From Chthoniobacterales bacterium (lineage in GTDB: Bacteria; Verrucomicrobiota; Verrucomicrobiia; Chthoniobacterales; JACTMZ01), in NCBI GenBank assembly GCA_044359955.1, contig JBIKLF010000003.1:3218-67217 (forward strand): DNA of 64,000 bases. The letters are read 5' to 3'. Made by a program: the position numbers and the translations under genes. Every line of letters begins with the position of its first letter. Position 1 is the first letter of the stretch. This document shows, one piece after another, positions 55,285 to 64,000 of the stretch. The notes under the pieces were generated by a model, which saw only the letters and a list, made by a program, of their open reading frames with translations, was not told the DNA's origin and did no database searches.

Positions 55285-55739
55285 GGTTGCAGTTTGTCGG
55301 CGGCGGTGACGACCATGGTGACGGGTCCGCGCAGGCGGCTGGTCCGCGTGTCGATGTCGAATTCGAGTTGGCTCCCGGTGATTTCGAGTGTTTCGCCTTT
55401 GATGACCGAGCGGCGGTCGCTGACCAGCCGGCGCGTGTTTTGGTCGAAGACGGCTTCGGGGAGAAGGACTTCGAGGGAGGCCTTGTCGGACGCGTCGCCG
55501 AAGATTTCGATGCGCAGATCGTCGAAGGTGAATTCGGTGCTGCTGGAACGTTCGGCCCGCTCCGCGTTCAGACGGAGGCTGAGTTTGCCTTGGGCATTGT
55601 GGTGGGGGACGCGGATTTCTTTGACGCTCTGGCCGATGGCGACCGGAATATCGATGGGGCCCATGGCCGGACTTTCCTGCGCGGGGGCGGCGCATGGCAG
55701 GAGGAGAGCACCGAGCAGGACGGGGAGTTTAAAGCGCAT
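55281..55739 (-). CDS. LptC-like / OstA-fold periplasmic protein
   Basis: ATG 55739. N-terminal signal or anchor, a beta-rich 152 aa, and a position immediately upstream of lptA. The assignment rests on context and fold-like pattern only. Confidence 0.5.
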   Translation of the reverse strand: MRFKLPVLLGALLLPCAAPAQESPAMGPIDIPVAIGQSVKEIRVPHHNAQGKLSLRLNAERAERSSSTEFTFDDLRIEIFGDASDKASLEVLLPEAVFDQNTRRLVSDRRSVIKGETLEITGSQLEFDIDTRTSRLRGPVTMVVTAADKLQP

Positions 55740-56544
55740 GGCGGATGGCGAGAAGTTGGCGCAGGACGGCGGGCAAGCGGGCGAGAGGAATCTGGTTGGG
55801 TCCGTCGGACGGAGCCTTGGCCGGATTTTCGTGGGTCTCGAGAAAAACACCGTCGGCCCCGGCTGCGACCGCGGCGGCCGCGAGCACGGGTGCGAGTTCG
55901 CCGTCCCCGGTGGTCCGATCGCCGCCGCCGCCCGGACGTTGCACGGCATGGGTGGCGTCGAAAACCAGGGGGAAGCCCTGGGCGCGGATCCATGGGATGG
56001 AGCGCATGTCGGCCACGAGGTTATTGTAGCCGAAGGTTGTGCCGCGCTCGGTGAAGAAGAAGCGGCGGCAGCCCACGGCACGGAGTTTGCGCGCGATGGG
56101 TTCGACTTCCCATGGCGAGAGGAATTGGCCCTTCTTCACGTTGACGGCACAGCCGCTGGCCCCCGCGGCGGCGATCAGGTCGGTCTGGCGGCAGAGGAAA
56201 GCGGGGATTTGCAAGAGGTCGACATGGCGTGCGGCGACGGCGACTTCTTCCGGCGAGTGGACGTCGGTGGTGACGGGCAGGCCGAAGTCGCGGCCGATGG
56301 AGGAGAGAATGCGGCAACCTTCCTCGAGGCCCGGGCCGCGGAAGGAGGCTCCTGATGTGCGGTTGGCTTTGTCGTAGGAGGCTTTGAAGATAAACGGGAC
56401 GCCGAGCCGGCGCGTGATGGCCAGGATCCGCGAGGCGGCGCGGCGGGCCGACTTCTCGCTTTCGAGGACGCACGGGCCGAGGATGAGCAGGAGTGTTTTC
56501 CCGCCCACGGTGACATTTCCGATTTTAAAGGGTTTGGCCCTCAT
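55729..56544 (-). CDS. kdsA: 3-deoxy-8-phosphooctulonate (KDO8P) synthase
   Basis: ATG 56544. ILGPCVLES, FKASYDKANR, LQIPAFLCRQTDL, FDATHAVQ. Confidence 0.9.
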   Translation of the reverse strand: MRAKPFKIGNVTVGGKTLLLILGPCVLESEKSARRAASRILAITRRLGVPFIFKASYDKANRTSGASFRGPGLEEGCRILSSIGRDFGLPVTTDVHSPEEVAVAARHVDLLQIPAFLCRQTDLIAAAGASGCAVNVKKGQFLSPWEVEPIARKLRAVGCRRFFFTERGTTFGYNNLVADMRSIPWIRAQGFPLVFDATHAVQRPGGGGDRTTGDGELAPVLAAAAVAAGADGVFLETHENPAKAPSDGPNQIPLARLPAVLRQLLAIRHAL

Positions 56545-56557
56545 TGGCTCCTTCAGT

Positions 56558-57868
56558 TTACACGCGGGCGCGGGGGGAGTCACTCCCCATGACCGCGTTT
56601 TCGACCAACTCGGCGGTCCGGACGGTGGCGCCTTGGTGCGGTCGCAGGGCGACTTCCGCACGCTCGACCAGCTTGGCGCGGTGCGAGGGGTCGGTAAAAA
56701 GCCGGACGGTTTCTGCGGCCAGGTGGTTGGCGTCGTGTATTTCCACCGCCCCGCCGTTCGCGAGCAGCGCATCGCGGAGCGTGGCGAAATTTTCCATCTG
56801 CGGGCCGAAGAGGACAGGGCGGCCGGCGAGGATGGCTTCGACGGGGTTTTGTCCGCCGGATCCGCAGAGGCTCTTGCCGATAAAAACCGCGTCCGCGCAG
56901 GCATACCAATCGCGCAATTCCCCGGTGGTATCGAGGAGGAGAATATCCGGAGCTGGCCCGTTGTGAGGGTCCGTGCGTCGCGCCACGCGGAAACCGGTCG
57001 GGGCGAGGCGCGCGGCGATCTTCGCGGTGCGCTCGACGTGACGCGGGGCGATGAGGAGACGCGCGGCGGGGAATTGGGCGCGCACAATGCGCAGGCCCTC
57101 GGCGAGAATTTCCTCTTCTCCCTCGTGGGTGCTGCCGCCGAGAAGAATCGGGTCGGAGGGGTCGAAGCCGAAGCCCGCGAGCACGGGACGGAAGTCGTGG
57201 CCGGGGGGAAGGTCGCCCGCGGGGTCGTATTTCACGCTGCCGGTCAGGTGCAGGCGCTGCGGTGACACGCCGAGTTGTTCCCACAGGGCGGCGTGCGACT
57301 GTTCCTGCAGTCCGACGGCCTGCAGATGCCGGGTCACGGCACGGAGCACCGGCGCGAAACGTCGGTAACGGCGCGCGGAGCGCGGGGAGACGCGGGTATT
57401 GACGAGCACAACAGGGATGTGGCGGCGTCGGGCCGTCCAGATGAAGTTCGGCCACATTTCACTTTCGGTCAGGACGATGGCGCGCGGACGAATGGCGTCG
57501 AGCGCGCGGCGCACGAAGGGAGGAAAGTCCACGGGAGTGTAGATGGGGACCCACCAGTCGGTCTGTCGTTCGAGGGCAAGCGCGTGGGCGGTGGAGGTGG
57601 TGCTGGAAACAGCGAAGCGCCAGGCGGGGTGGCGGCGGTGGAGTTCGTCGAGGAGTTTGAGGGCGATGAGCAATTCGCCGACGCTGACCGCATGGATCCA
57701 GATCCATTCCCCGTGGTCGAAGCGTGAACGCAGTTCCGGGGTGTAGCGCGCGAATCGCTGGCTGAAATCGCGCCGGTAGTCACCGCGGCGGAACATGCGC
57801 GCCAGGTAGCACGGCAGGATGACGAGGAAGGCGAGGGGAAAGAGGAGGTTGTAAAGAAAGCGCGTCAT
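56558..57868 (-). CDS. waaA: 3-deoxy-D-manno-octulosonic acid transferase
   Basis: ATG 57868. WIHAVSVGE motif and a GT30-like C-terminus (GGSL-type CGSGGQNPVEA). Confidence 0.85.
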   Translation of the reverse strand: MTRFLYNLLFPLAFLVILPCYLARMFRRGDYRRDFSQRFARYTPELRSRFDHGEWIWIHAVSVGELLIALKLLDELHRRHPAWRFAVSSTTSTAHALALERQTDWWVPIYTPVDFPPFVRRALDAIRPRAIVLTESEMWPNFIWTARRRHIPVVLVNTRVSPRSARRYRRFAPVLRAVTRHLQAVGLQEQSHAALWEQLGVSPQRLHLTGSVKYDPAGDLPPGHDFRPVLAGFGFDPSDPILLGGSTHEGEEEILAEGLRIVRAQFPAARLLIAPRHVERTAKIAARLAPTGFRVARRTDPHNGPAPDILLLDTTGELRDWYACADAVFIGKSLCGSGGQNPVEAILAGRPVLFGPQMENFATLRDALLANGGAVEIHDANHLAAETVRLFTDPSHRAKLVERAEVALRPHQGATVRTAELVENAVMGSDSPRARV

Positions 57869-58419
57869 GCGTCGGGCGTCCGGCGATACATCGCCACCCA
57901 AGCCTGCCCGTAACGGCGGTTGCGGAGCAATTCCCAAGACGGTGCAGCTTCAGGCGGTTCCTGCGGCAACTCGACCACAAAGAACCCGCCGGGTGCCACG
58001 CAGCGGGCGAGGTCGGCTCCGGCGAGGAGGGAGTTGGGGTGGGCGGGATCCCCGGCTGCCAGAGCGAAGGGCGGGTCCGCAAAGACGAGATCGAAGGAAG
58101 CGGGCGCCGCGCGTCCGAGGTAAGCGGCCACGTCCTGCAGGCGGACGTTGCCGGATAATTTGGCGCGGGCGAGGTTGCGGCGGATGACTTCGGAGGCCTT
58201 GCGATGGCGGTCGACGAAGTCGCATGAAGCGGCGCCGCGGCTCAGCGCCTCGATCCCGATGGCTCCACTCCCGGCAAAAAGATCGAGGGCGCGCGCGCCG
58301 GGAACGGCGTCACCGAGGCTGGAGAAAACCGCCCCGCGCACGCGGTCCATCATGGGCCGGGCCACGCCCGCCGGGCAGTCGAGGCGCAGGCCGCGCGCGG
58401 TTCCGGCAATCACGCGCAT
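57865..58419 (-). CDS. rsmD: 16S rRNA (guanine966-N2)-methyltransferase
   Basis: MRVIAGTARG, LDLFAGSGAIGIEALSRGA and FADPPF. ATGA-type overlap with waaA. Confidence 0.85.
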   Translation of the reverse strand: MRVIAGTARGLRLDCPAGVARPMMDRVRGAVFSSLGDAVPGARALDLFAGSGAIGIEALSRGAASCDFVDRHRKASEVIRRNLARAKLSGNVRLQDVAAYLGRAAPASFDLVFADPPFALAAGDPAHPNSLLAGADLARCVAPGGFFVVELPQEPPEAAPSWELLRNRRYGQAWVAMYRRTPDA

Positions 58420-58422
58420 GGT

Positions 58423-59835
58423 TCAGGGGGCGCCGATGAAGTTGAGGAAAAATTCGCCAATCCGTCCGCCGACCCCGCCACCCAGCAGGCGCGAAGCGAG
58501 GTCGCTCTGCGGTTTCTCGAGGGTTCCGGTGACGCGGAAGCTGACCGCCCGGAAGCCGGGCATTCCCTCGATGTTTGCCGCGGGCAACTCGCGTCCGGTC
58601 AGCGCGGCGAGGCGAGAGGCGGAAGATGGTCCGAGGAGGAGACGGGCTTTCAGGTCCAGGCCGCCGCCACGGGTAATCGGTCCGCTCATTTCCACAGCGA
58701 ACTCGTCGGAACGCAGCCACAGTGGCGCGACGTGGATGAAATCGTCATCGAGACGCAACTCGGCGTAGGCCTCGCGGAAGTCGAGCCCCTGCATTTCGCG
58801 GATGCCGAGCACTTGGCCGAGTCCTTTGAGGTAGTCGGACGGAATCATGCGGCCGTTGGCCAGATCGATGCGGGTGCGCCCTTGCAATCGCCGCTGCGGA
58901 GCATTGCGTCCTTGCACGGTGAAGTGCGCGGCGAGGATGCCCTCCAGGCGGGTTCCGCCGAACGAGGAGGGCAGGCGCAGTTCGGACATTTGGAATCCGT
59001 CGAGCCGGAGGTCCCACTCGTAAGGCGACCCTTCGGCCACGGTGGCCACGCTGCCTTGGCCGGCGAGGCTTCCGCCCGCAATTTCCCCGCGGATGCCGGT
59101 GAGTTGGAGAAGACCTTCCTCGAGCGTGAAATCGGTCGCGAGGTCCCGGGCCACGATGAGGCCGGCGAGGACGGCTTCGGGCACGCGCGCTTGGCCGGTC
59201 GCGTTGCCGTCGCCGGTGAGGTCGGCCCGCGCCGTGATGCCGTCCGCATCAAGCAACGGCCAGCCGTCGCGGTTTTCAAAAAGAATGCGTGAGCGCCGCA
59301 CTTCCATCCCGTCCACCCGCACGGCCATGACCGGTTCGGGCACCACGGCGCCGACAATTTCCACTGCCGGCCGGGCCGGGGTCGGCACGGGTGAGGGGGC
59401 GGGGCGTGCCGTGGCGGGCGTGCCGCCGGGCGCGGGGACGGCGTCGGCCGGTTGACGCGGGACCCGCCATTGGCCCTCCGTGTTTTGGCGCCAGGTGAGG
59501 ACGGCCTCGTTGAGTTGCAGGCTGCTCACCACGAACTCGCGTCGCCAGAGCGGCCAGAGGCGGAACATGATGCGGAATTCGGAGGCCTCAAGGAAATTGA
59601 CGCCGGCATTTTCCATGTCGGGCATGACCAATCCGCGCAGGCAAATTCCGTCCCAAGGCGTGTAGACCGCACTGCGCACGTTGAGCGGCAGGCCGATGGT
59701 GTCGATGGCGGCTTTGCGCAACTGCTCCTGCATGGCGTTCGACTGCAGGTGCAGGTTGAAAGCGAGCACGGCGGCGACGACCAGGGCGCCGAGCGCGGCG
59801 GCGGCGATAAGACAGAGGCGGAGGCAGCGCGACAT
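58423..59835 (-). CDS. AsmA-like outer-membrane biogenesis protein
   Basis: ATG 59835. N-terminal TM, then an extended beta-rich region resembling AsmA/DUF748-like proteins. The family call is tentative. Confidence 0.55.
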   Translation of the reverse strand: MSRCLRLCLIAAAALGALVVAAVLAFNLHLQSNAMQEQLRKAAIDTIGLPLNVRSAVYTPWDGICLRGLVMPDMENAGVNFLEASEFRIMFRLWPLWRREFVVSSLQLNEAVLTWRQNTEGQWRVPRQPADAVPAPGGTPATARPAPSPVPTPARPAVEIVGAVVPEPVMAVRVDGMEVRRSRILFENRDGWPLLDADGITARADLTGDGNATGQARVPEAVLAGLIVARDLATDFTLEEGLLQLTGIRGEIAGGSLAGQGSVATVAEGSPYEWDLRLDGFQMSELRLPSSFGGTRLEGILAAHFTVQGRNAPQRRLQGRTRIDLANGRMIPSDYLKGLGQVLGIREMQGLDFREAYAELRLDDDFIHVAPLWLRSDEFAVEMSGPITRGGGLDLKARLLLGPSSASRLAALTGRELPAANIEGMPGFRAVSFRVTGTLEKPQSDLASRLLGGGVGGRIGEFFLNFIGAP

Positions 59836-59922
59836 GAGATCCGCTACGTTAACGTAACGGGGCTTGATGCAAAGCGGGAAGCGCGCGTTGCCCCGACGCA
59901 CCACGGCTGTTAGCCTCGGTCG

Positions 59923-60681
59923 ATGAATGATTTGCGGCACAAGTTTCGCACGGCGCCGGTTACGGTGTCATTGGCGGCGGCGTGCGTGGTGGCTTACGCC
60001 TTGGAGGTCCTGTTCCTCGGCGGAGAGCGTGGCATCGATCTTTCGGGATGGGCGCTGAGCCGGCAAGCGCTGTCCGAGGGCCGCTGGTGGACTTTGCTCA
60101 CCCATCTTTTCCTTCACGCCAACCTCCTGCACCTGTCCGTCAATGTGTTGGGCCTGTGGTTCATCGGACCGGAAGTGGAGTCCATGCTGGGGCGGGCGAA
60201 ATACTTGCTGCTTTATCTTTTTTCAGGCGTGGCAGGCGGACTGCTGCAGACGGCATTTGCTTCACCCTCCGCCGAATTGATCGGCGCTTCCGGTGCGGTC
60301 TGCGGCGTGATGTTGTCTTTCACCACGGCTTATCCCGAAATGCCGCTGCGCGCGCTGCTCTTCTTTGTTTTGCCCGTGAGCCTGAAGGCCAAAACGCTCG
60401 GACGCGGGATTGTCGTCGTCTCCCTGCTGTGCGCCGTGCTCCGCATTTTTCCGCAGATCGGTCACCTGGCGCATCTGGGCGGCGCGTTGGCCGGAGCATT
60501 TCTGACCTGGTGGTGGCTCCCCAGCGCGCCGCGCGCCCCCCGGCCCGCGGATGAAGTCGGGCGCACCGCGCAGACCGACGAATTGCTTTCGCGGGTCGTC
60601 GAGGAAGGCATCGAGAGTCTCAGCCGCGAGGAACGGCGGCAGTTGGAGTTGCTCGGGCGGGAGCAGCGGCGCCGCTGGTGA
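59923..60681 (+). CDS. rhomboid-family intramembrane serine protease
   Basis: WWTLLTHLFLHANLLHL, GASGAVCG (catalytic Ser) and HLAHLGGALAG (catalytic His). Confidence 0.85.
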   Translation: MNDLRHKFRTAPVTVSLAAACVVAYALEVLFLGGERGIDLSGWALSRQALSEGRWWTLLTHLFLHANLLHLSVNVLGLWFIGPEVESMLGRAKYLLLYLFSGVAGGLLQTAFASPSAELIGASGAVCGVMLSFTTAYPEMPLRALLFFVLPVSLKAKTLGRGIVVVSLLCAVLRIFPQIGHLAHLGGALAGAFLTWWWLPSAPRAPRPADEVGRTAQTDELLSRVVEEGIESLSREERRQLELLGREQRRRW

Positions 60682-60741
60682 GGGGCGCGGGGATGGCAGA
60701 CTTCCGGTCGAGCCGCCGGCGTGGCCAGGAGAGGGCAGGTA

Positions 60742-61650
60742 TCAGGAGCCGGTGGTGTCCGGCCGCAAGGGAAAGTCAGCGGGCAACGGGGCGGTGAATT
60801 CCATCAGTTCGCCCGTGGCGGGATGGGTCACGGCAATTTTCCAGGCGTGGAGGAGTTGGCGCGGATAATCGGCGCCGCCGCCGTAGGTGCGGTCGCCGGC
60901 GACGGGATGACCGAGGTGTTTGAGGTGCACGCGGATCTGATGGGTGCGGCCGGTTTTCGGCCGGCACTCGAGGAGGGAAAGTTTGCCGTCGGAGTGGAGG
61001 ACGCGCCACGCTGTTTCCGCGGTGCGCGCGCCCGGCCGGCGACTGACCGACATGCGTTGGCGGTGGACGGGATGGCGCTCGATGGCACCGTTGATCGAAC
61101 CGGCCGAAGTGCGGGGAACCCCGCGCACCACGGCGAGATAAGTTTTCTGCGCAGTGCGGTCGGCAAATTGGCGCGCCAGTGCGGTCAGGGCATGCTCCGT
61201 TTTCGCGACGAGGATGCAGCCACTGGTATCCTTGTCGAGCCGGTGGATGATGCCCGGGCGGAGCGGGTGGCCGCCCGCGGTGACCGGGCCGCAGTGGTGG
61301 AGGACGGCATTGACCAAAGTGCCCTGCCAGTGGCCGACCGCGGGGTGGACCACGAGGCCCGGGGGTTTGTTCAGGCAGAGGAGGTGTTCGTCCTCATAGA
61401 GGATGTCGAGGGGGATATTCTCCGGCGTGACGCTGGCGGGGAGGGCGGCGGCGGGCGGCAGGCGTGCCTCGATGTTGTCGCCGGCCCGGACCGGATCGGA
61501 GGCGCGGGCCATGGTGCCGTTGACCTGCACCAAGCCGGAGGTCAGCGCCTTCTGCCAGCGCGCGCGGCTGAAGTCAGGCCACTGCACCGCGAGCCAGCGG
61601 TCGAGGCGGTCGGCGCGTTGCTCGGCGGTGCAATAGAGGGTGTCTTCCAT
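60742..61650 (-). CDS. rluD: RluA-family 23S rRNA pseudouridine synthase (RluD-like)
   Basis: ATG 61650. S4-like N-terminus (RLDRWL), catalytic HRLDKDTSG, KTYLAVV. Confidence 0.85.
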   Translation of the reverse strand: MEDTLYCTAEQRADRLDRWLAVQWPDFSRARWQKALTSGLVQVNGTMARASDPVRAGDNIEARLPPAAALPASVTPENIPLDILYEDEHLLCLNKPPGLVVHPAVGHWQGTLVNAVLHHCGPVTAGGHPLRPGIIHRLDKDTSGCILVAKTEHALTALARQFADRTAQKTYLAVVRGVPRTSAGSINGAIERHPVHRQRMSVSRRPGARTAETAWRVLHSDGKLSLLECRPKTGRTHQIRVHLKHLGHPVAGDRTYGGGADYPRQLLHAWKIAVTHPATGELMEFTAPLPADFPLRPDTTGS

Positions 61651-61658
61651 GGGCTGCG

Positions 61659-63332
61659 GTGGAAACGCTGGACGTTCCGGCCCCACCGCGCAAGGTTTGC
61701 CGCGTGGAAGAGTCCACATTCCCCACCCTGATCGAGAACTGTCCGTCCTGCGGCGGTTCCATCGACGTCAGCGACGAACTGCCCTTGGCGCAAATTTTTT
61801 GTCCGCATTGCGCGGAGGGACTGCGCGCGCGCCGCATCTTCAATAATTTCGAACTCGTCGAGCTGATCGGTCAGGGCGGCATGGGCTCGGTCTTCAAGGC
61901 CTATGACCACACGCTCGAGCGCATGGTCGCGCTCAAGGTGCTGCGCCGCGAGATGAGCGCGAGCGAGGAAGAGCGGGCCAAACTCGAGCAGGAGGCCCGT
62001 GTGACCGCCTCGGTCAATCATCCGCACGTGGTGCGCGTCTATTCCTTCGGCGAGGCGTCCGGACAATTTTATCTCGCGATGGAATTGGTCGAGAAGGGAT
62101 CGTTGGACGACCTCATGGCCATCCAGACCCGGGTATCGGAGGCGCAGGTGCTCGAGATCGGCGCGCAAATCGCGCAGGGATTGGAAGCGGCGGCGGAGAA
62201 GGGGTTGATTCACCGCGACGTGAAACCCGGCAACATCCTTTTTTCCGACGCGCACACCACGAAGATTGTGGACTTCGGTCTGGCCCGCGTGTTGGAGGAT
62301 GAAGCGGAGGCCCGCGGGGAAATTTGGGGCACGCCTTACTACATTGCACCCGAGCGATTGAACTACGACCCGGAGGATTTTCGCAGCGACATCTACAGTC
62401 TGGGCGGCACGCTCTTTCACGCCATTGCAGGTCGTCCGCCTTTCGAAGCGGAGAACGCGAGCCTGGTCGCGCTCAAGCAAATCAAAAGCCAACCGGTAAG
62501 CCTCGAGGCCTTCGCCCCGGATGTTTCGCCGGAGACGGCCTATGTGATCAACCGCATGCTGGAGAAAGACCCCGGTGACCGTTACGCGTCATACCCCGAG
62601 CTGATTGAGCATCTCGAGTTTGCCCGCGCCAAGGTTCTGGAACAGGCCGGCCGTCCGGTCGGGGCCAAGCGGGAAGTGGTCAAGGTGGAGACCAATCGGA
62701 CCAAGCTCTATGTCGCTTCGATTTCGATCGCCGCCGCTTTGCTCGTCCTGGCGGTGGGAGTTTGGCTCTTCCTCGGCAGCGAGCGCCCGGAGATTGCCGC
62801 GCTGCGCGAGGCGATGATGGGCGGGCGGGAAACCAAGGTCCCCGATCCGATGGCGGCCGGTCTCGGGGCTTTGGCGGCCGGAGACCAAGCCGGTGCGCAG
62901 GGGAGTTTCCGGGAAGCGGCTTTGTCGGCCGCGCCGCGCAGCGCGCGCGCCCAATGGGCGGCGTTCCATCTCGCGCTGGCTTGCGCCTTGGCCGGGGATT
63001 CCGCCGCGGCGCAGGAACAATGGCGTTCGCTGGCGGAGACCGGACTATTTTCCGACCGGGCGGAGGACCGGGAGTTGGCCAATATGTTCCTCGATTCGGC
63101 CGGCTTCGGTTTGCGGACCAACCCGCTGCGCCTCGACGAATTGGCGCATTATCCGACGACCGGTTCCGCGTCGCTCGTCTTTTTTGTGGCCGGCGTAACG
63201 GACTGGTCGCTGGGGGACAAAGAGGAGGCCAAGCGCCTTTTCGCGCGGTTCCTCGAGATCGATCCCGCGCCGGGGGTGGAGGGTTGGAGCACTTACCGGC
63301 GGGTGGCCGAGAGACTCCTGTCGGGAGGTTAG
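61659..63332 (+). CDS. Ser/Thr protein kinase with N-terminal zinc ribbon, TM segment and C-terminal helical-repeat domain
   Basis: CPSCGG..CPHC ribbon; GQGGMGSVFKA, VALK, HRDVKPGNIL, DFGLAR and PYYIAPE; TM LYVASISIAAALLVLAVGVWLFL. GTG start, uncertain. Confidence 0.85.
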   Translation: METLDVPAPPRKVCRVEESTFPTLIENCPSCGGSIDVSDELPLAQIFCPHCAEGLRARRIFNNFELVELIGQGGMGSVFKAYDHTLERMVALKVLRREMSASEEERAKLEQEARVTASVNHPHVVRVYSFGEASGQFYLAMELVEKGSLDDLMAIQTRVSEAQVLEIGAQIAQGLEAAAEKGLIHRDVKPGNILFSDAHTTKIVDFGLARVLEDEAEARGEIWGTPYYIAPERLNYDPEDFRSDIYSLGGTLFHAIAGRPPFEAENASLVALKQIKSQPVSLEAFAPDVSPETAYVINRMLEKDPGDRYASYPELIEHLEFARAKVLEQAGRPVGAKREVVKVETNRTKLYVASISIAAALLVLAVGVWLFLGSERPEIAALREAMMGGRETKVPDPMAAGLGALAAGDQAGAQGSFREAALSAAPRSARAQWAAFHLALACALAGDSAAAQEQWRSLAETGLFSDRAEDRELANMFLDSAGFGLRTNPLRLDELAHYPTTGSASLVFFVAGVTDWSLGDKEEAKRLFARFLEIDPAPGVEGWSTYRRVAERLLSGG

Positions 63333-63371
63333 GGAGTTTGCGCCCGGGCTGGCGGCCGCTAAAGTGGCGGG

Positions 63372-64000
63372 GTGAGCGAAACCAACCTTCCCGGACCCGA
63401 CGAGTTGCAACGTCGCCTGCAGGCCTTTCTGCAAACCGCTTTCCAACAACCGGCCTCCCCGGCCTCCGAGCCCGCGGGGGCACCCGAGACGGTGGTCGGT
63501 GAGACTGATGATATTTTTAATTTCAACCTCACGCCGCGTGAGATCAAGGCGCACCTCGACCGCTTTGTCATCAAGCAGGATGAAGCGAAAAAGGTGCTCT
63601 CCATCGCGGTCTGCGACCATTACAACCACGCGAAATTCTTGCGCGCGCGCGCCCGGCGCGGGGAGACGGCTCCGGTCGAATACGCCAAGCAGAATGTGAT
63701 CGTGACCGGTCCGACCGGCGTGGGCAAAACCTACCTCGTGCGGCACATCGCGGAATTGATCGGCGTCCCATTCGTCAAGGCCGACGCGACGAAATTCAGC
63801 GAGACCGGCTACGTGGGCGGTGACGTCGAGGACTTGGTGCGCGAGCTGGTGCAAAAGGCGGATGGCGACACCGAGCGCGCCGAGCATGGCATTGTTTACA
63901 TCGACGAGGTCGACAAGATCGCGACGTCGGGCAACATGATCGGCCGCGACGTGAGCGGGCGCGGGGTGCAGACGGCCTTGCTCAAGTTGATGGAAGAAAC
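63372..64000 (+). CDS. ClpX-like AAA+ ATPase lacking the N-terminal zinc-binding domain (3' end outside window)
   Basis: Not in the ORF track because it runs off the window. My translation from GTG 63372 gives LDRFVIKQDEAKKVLSIAVCDHYNH, VTGPTGVGKTYL, PFVKADATKFSETGYVGGDVEDLV, IVYIDEVDKI and RDVSGRGVQTALLKLMEE, which is co-linear with ClpX. The in-frame stop at 63360 excludes a C4 zinc finger upstream. Confidence 0.8.
   Translation, partial: MSETNLPGPDELQRRLQAFLQTAFQQPASPASEPAGAPETVVGETDDIFNFNLTPREIKAHLDRFVIKQDEAKKVLSIAVCDHYNHAKFLRARARRGETAPVEYAKQNVIVTGPTGVGKTYLVRHIAELIGVPFVKADATKFSETGYVGGDVEDLVRELVQKADGDTERAEHGIVYIDEVDKIATSGNMIGRDVSGRGVQTALLKLMEE

Overview
High-GC bacterial chromosomal segment (coding lines about 60-70% GC by eye), densely packed with housekeeping genes in long co-directional runs. 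Many gene junctions are 4-nt ATGA/GTGA start-stop overlaps. I call about 60 protein genes and 5 tRNAs (Glu-CTC, Gln-CTG, Ser-GCT, Ser-CGA, Lys-TTT). There is one complete IS4-family insertion sequence (17-bp inverted repeats, 11-bp target duplication) and several families of hairpin-rich intergenic repeats. Many long ORFs in the track are Arg/Pro/Gly-rich antisense or 5'-extended shadow ORFs; I trimmed genes to the start where recognisable protein sequence begins. The gene content is kdsA-waaA-lptC/A/B next to hprK-ptsH-ptsI, tandem PilB/GspE ATPases, lipoprotein glycosidases and zinc-ribbon proteins. This suggests a Gram-negative of PVC/Verrucomicrobiota type, which is inference only. I found no rRNA, CRISPR, prophage or recognisable defence genes. 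The most unusual signal is non-coding. Two unrelated tRNA genes (Ser-CGA at 41729-41820, Gln-CTG at 5187-5260) are each followed by tandem 85-98 bp units. Each unit re-creates the last 19-20 nt of that tRNA (from T-loop position 58 to CCA) directly behind a conserved GGTCGCC-N-GGCGACC hairpin, which also occurs free-standing elsewhere in the window. This looks like the footprint of a small, non-coding, tRNA-T-loop-targeting element or a co-transcribed tRNA-3'-end mimic; I cannot tell which. Secondary points: a TerC-CBS-EIIA fusion that may be the output of a permease-less HPr/HprK/EI phosphorelay embedded in the LPS cluster, an RsmA-Nudix fusion, orphan tandem PilB paralogues, selO bracketed by 30-nt direct repeats, and a nested insertion inside a dispersed repeat.
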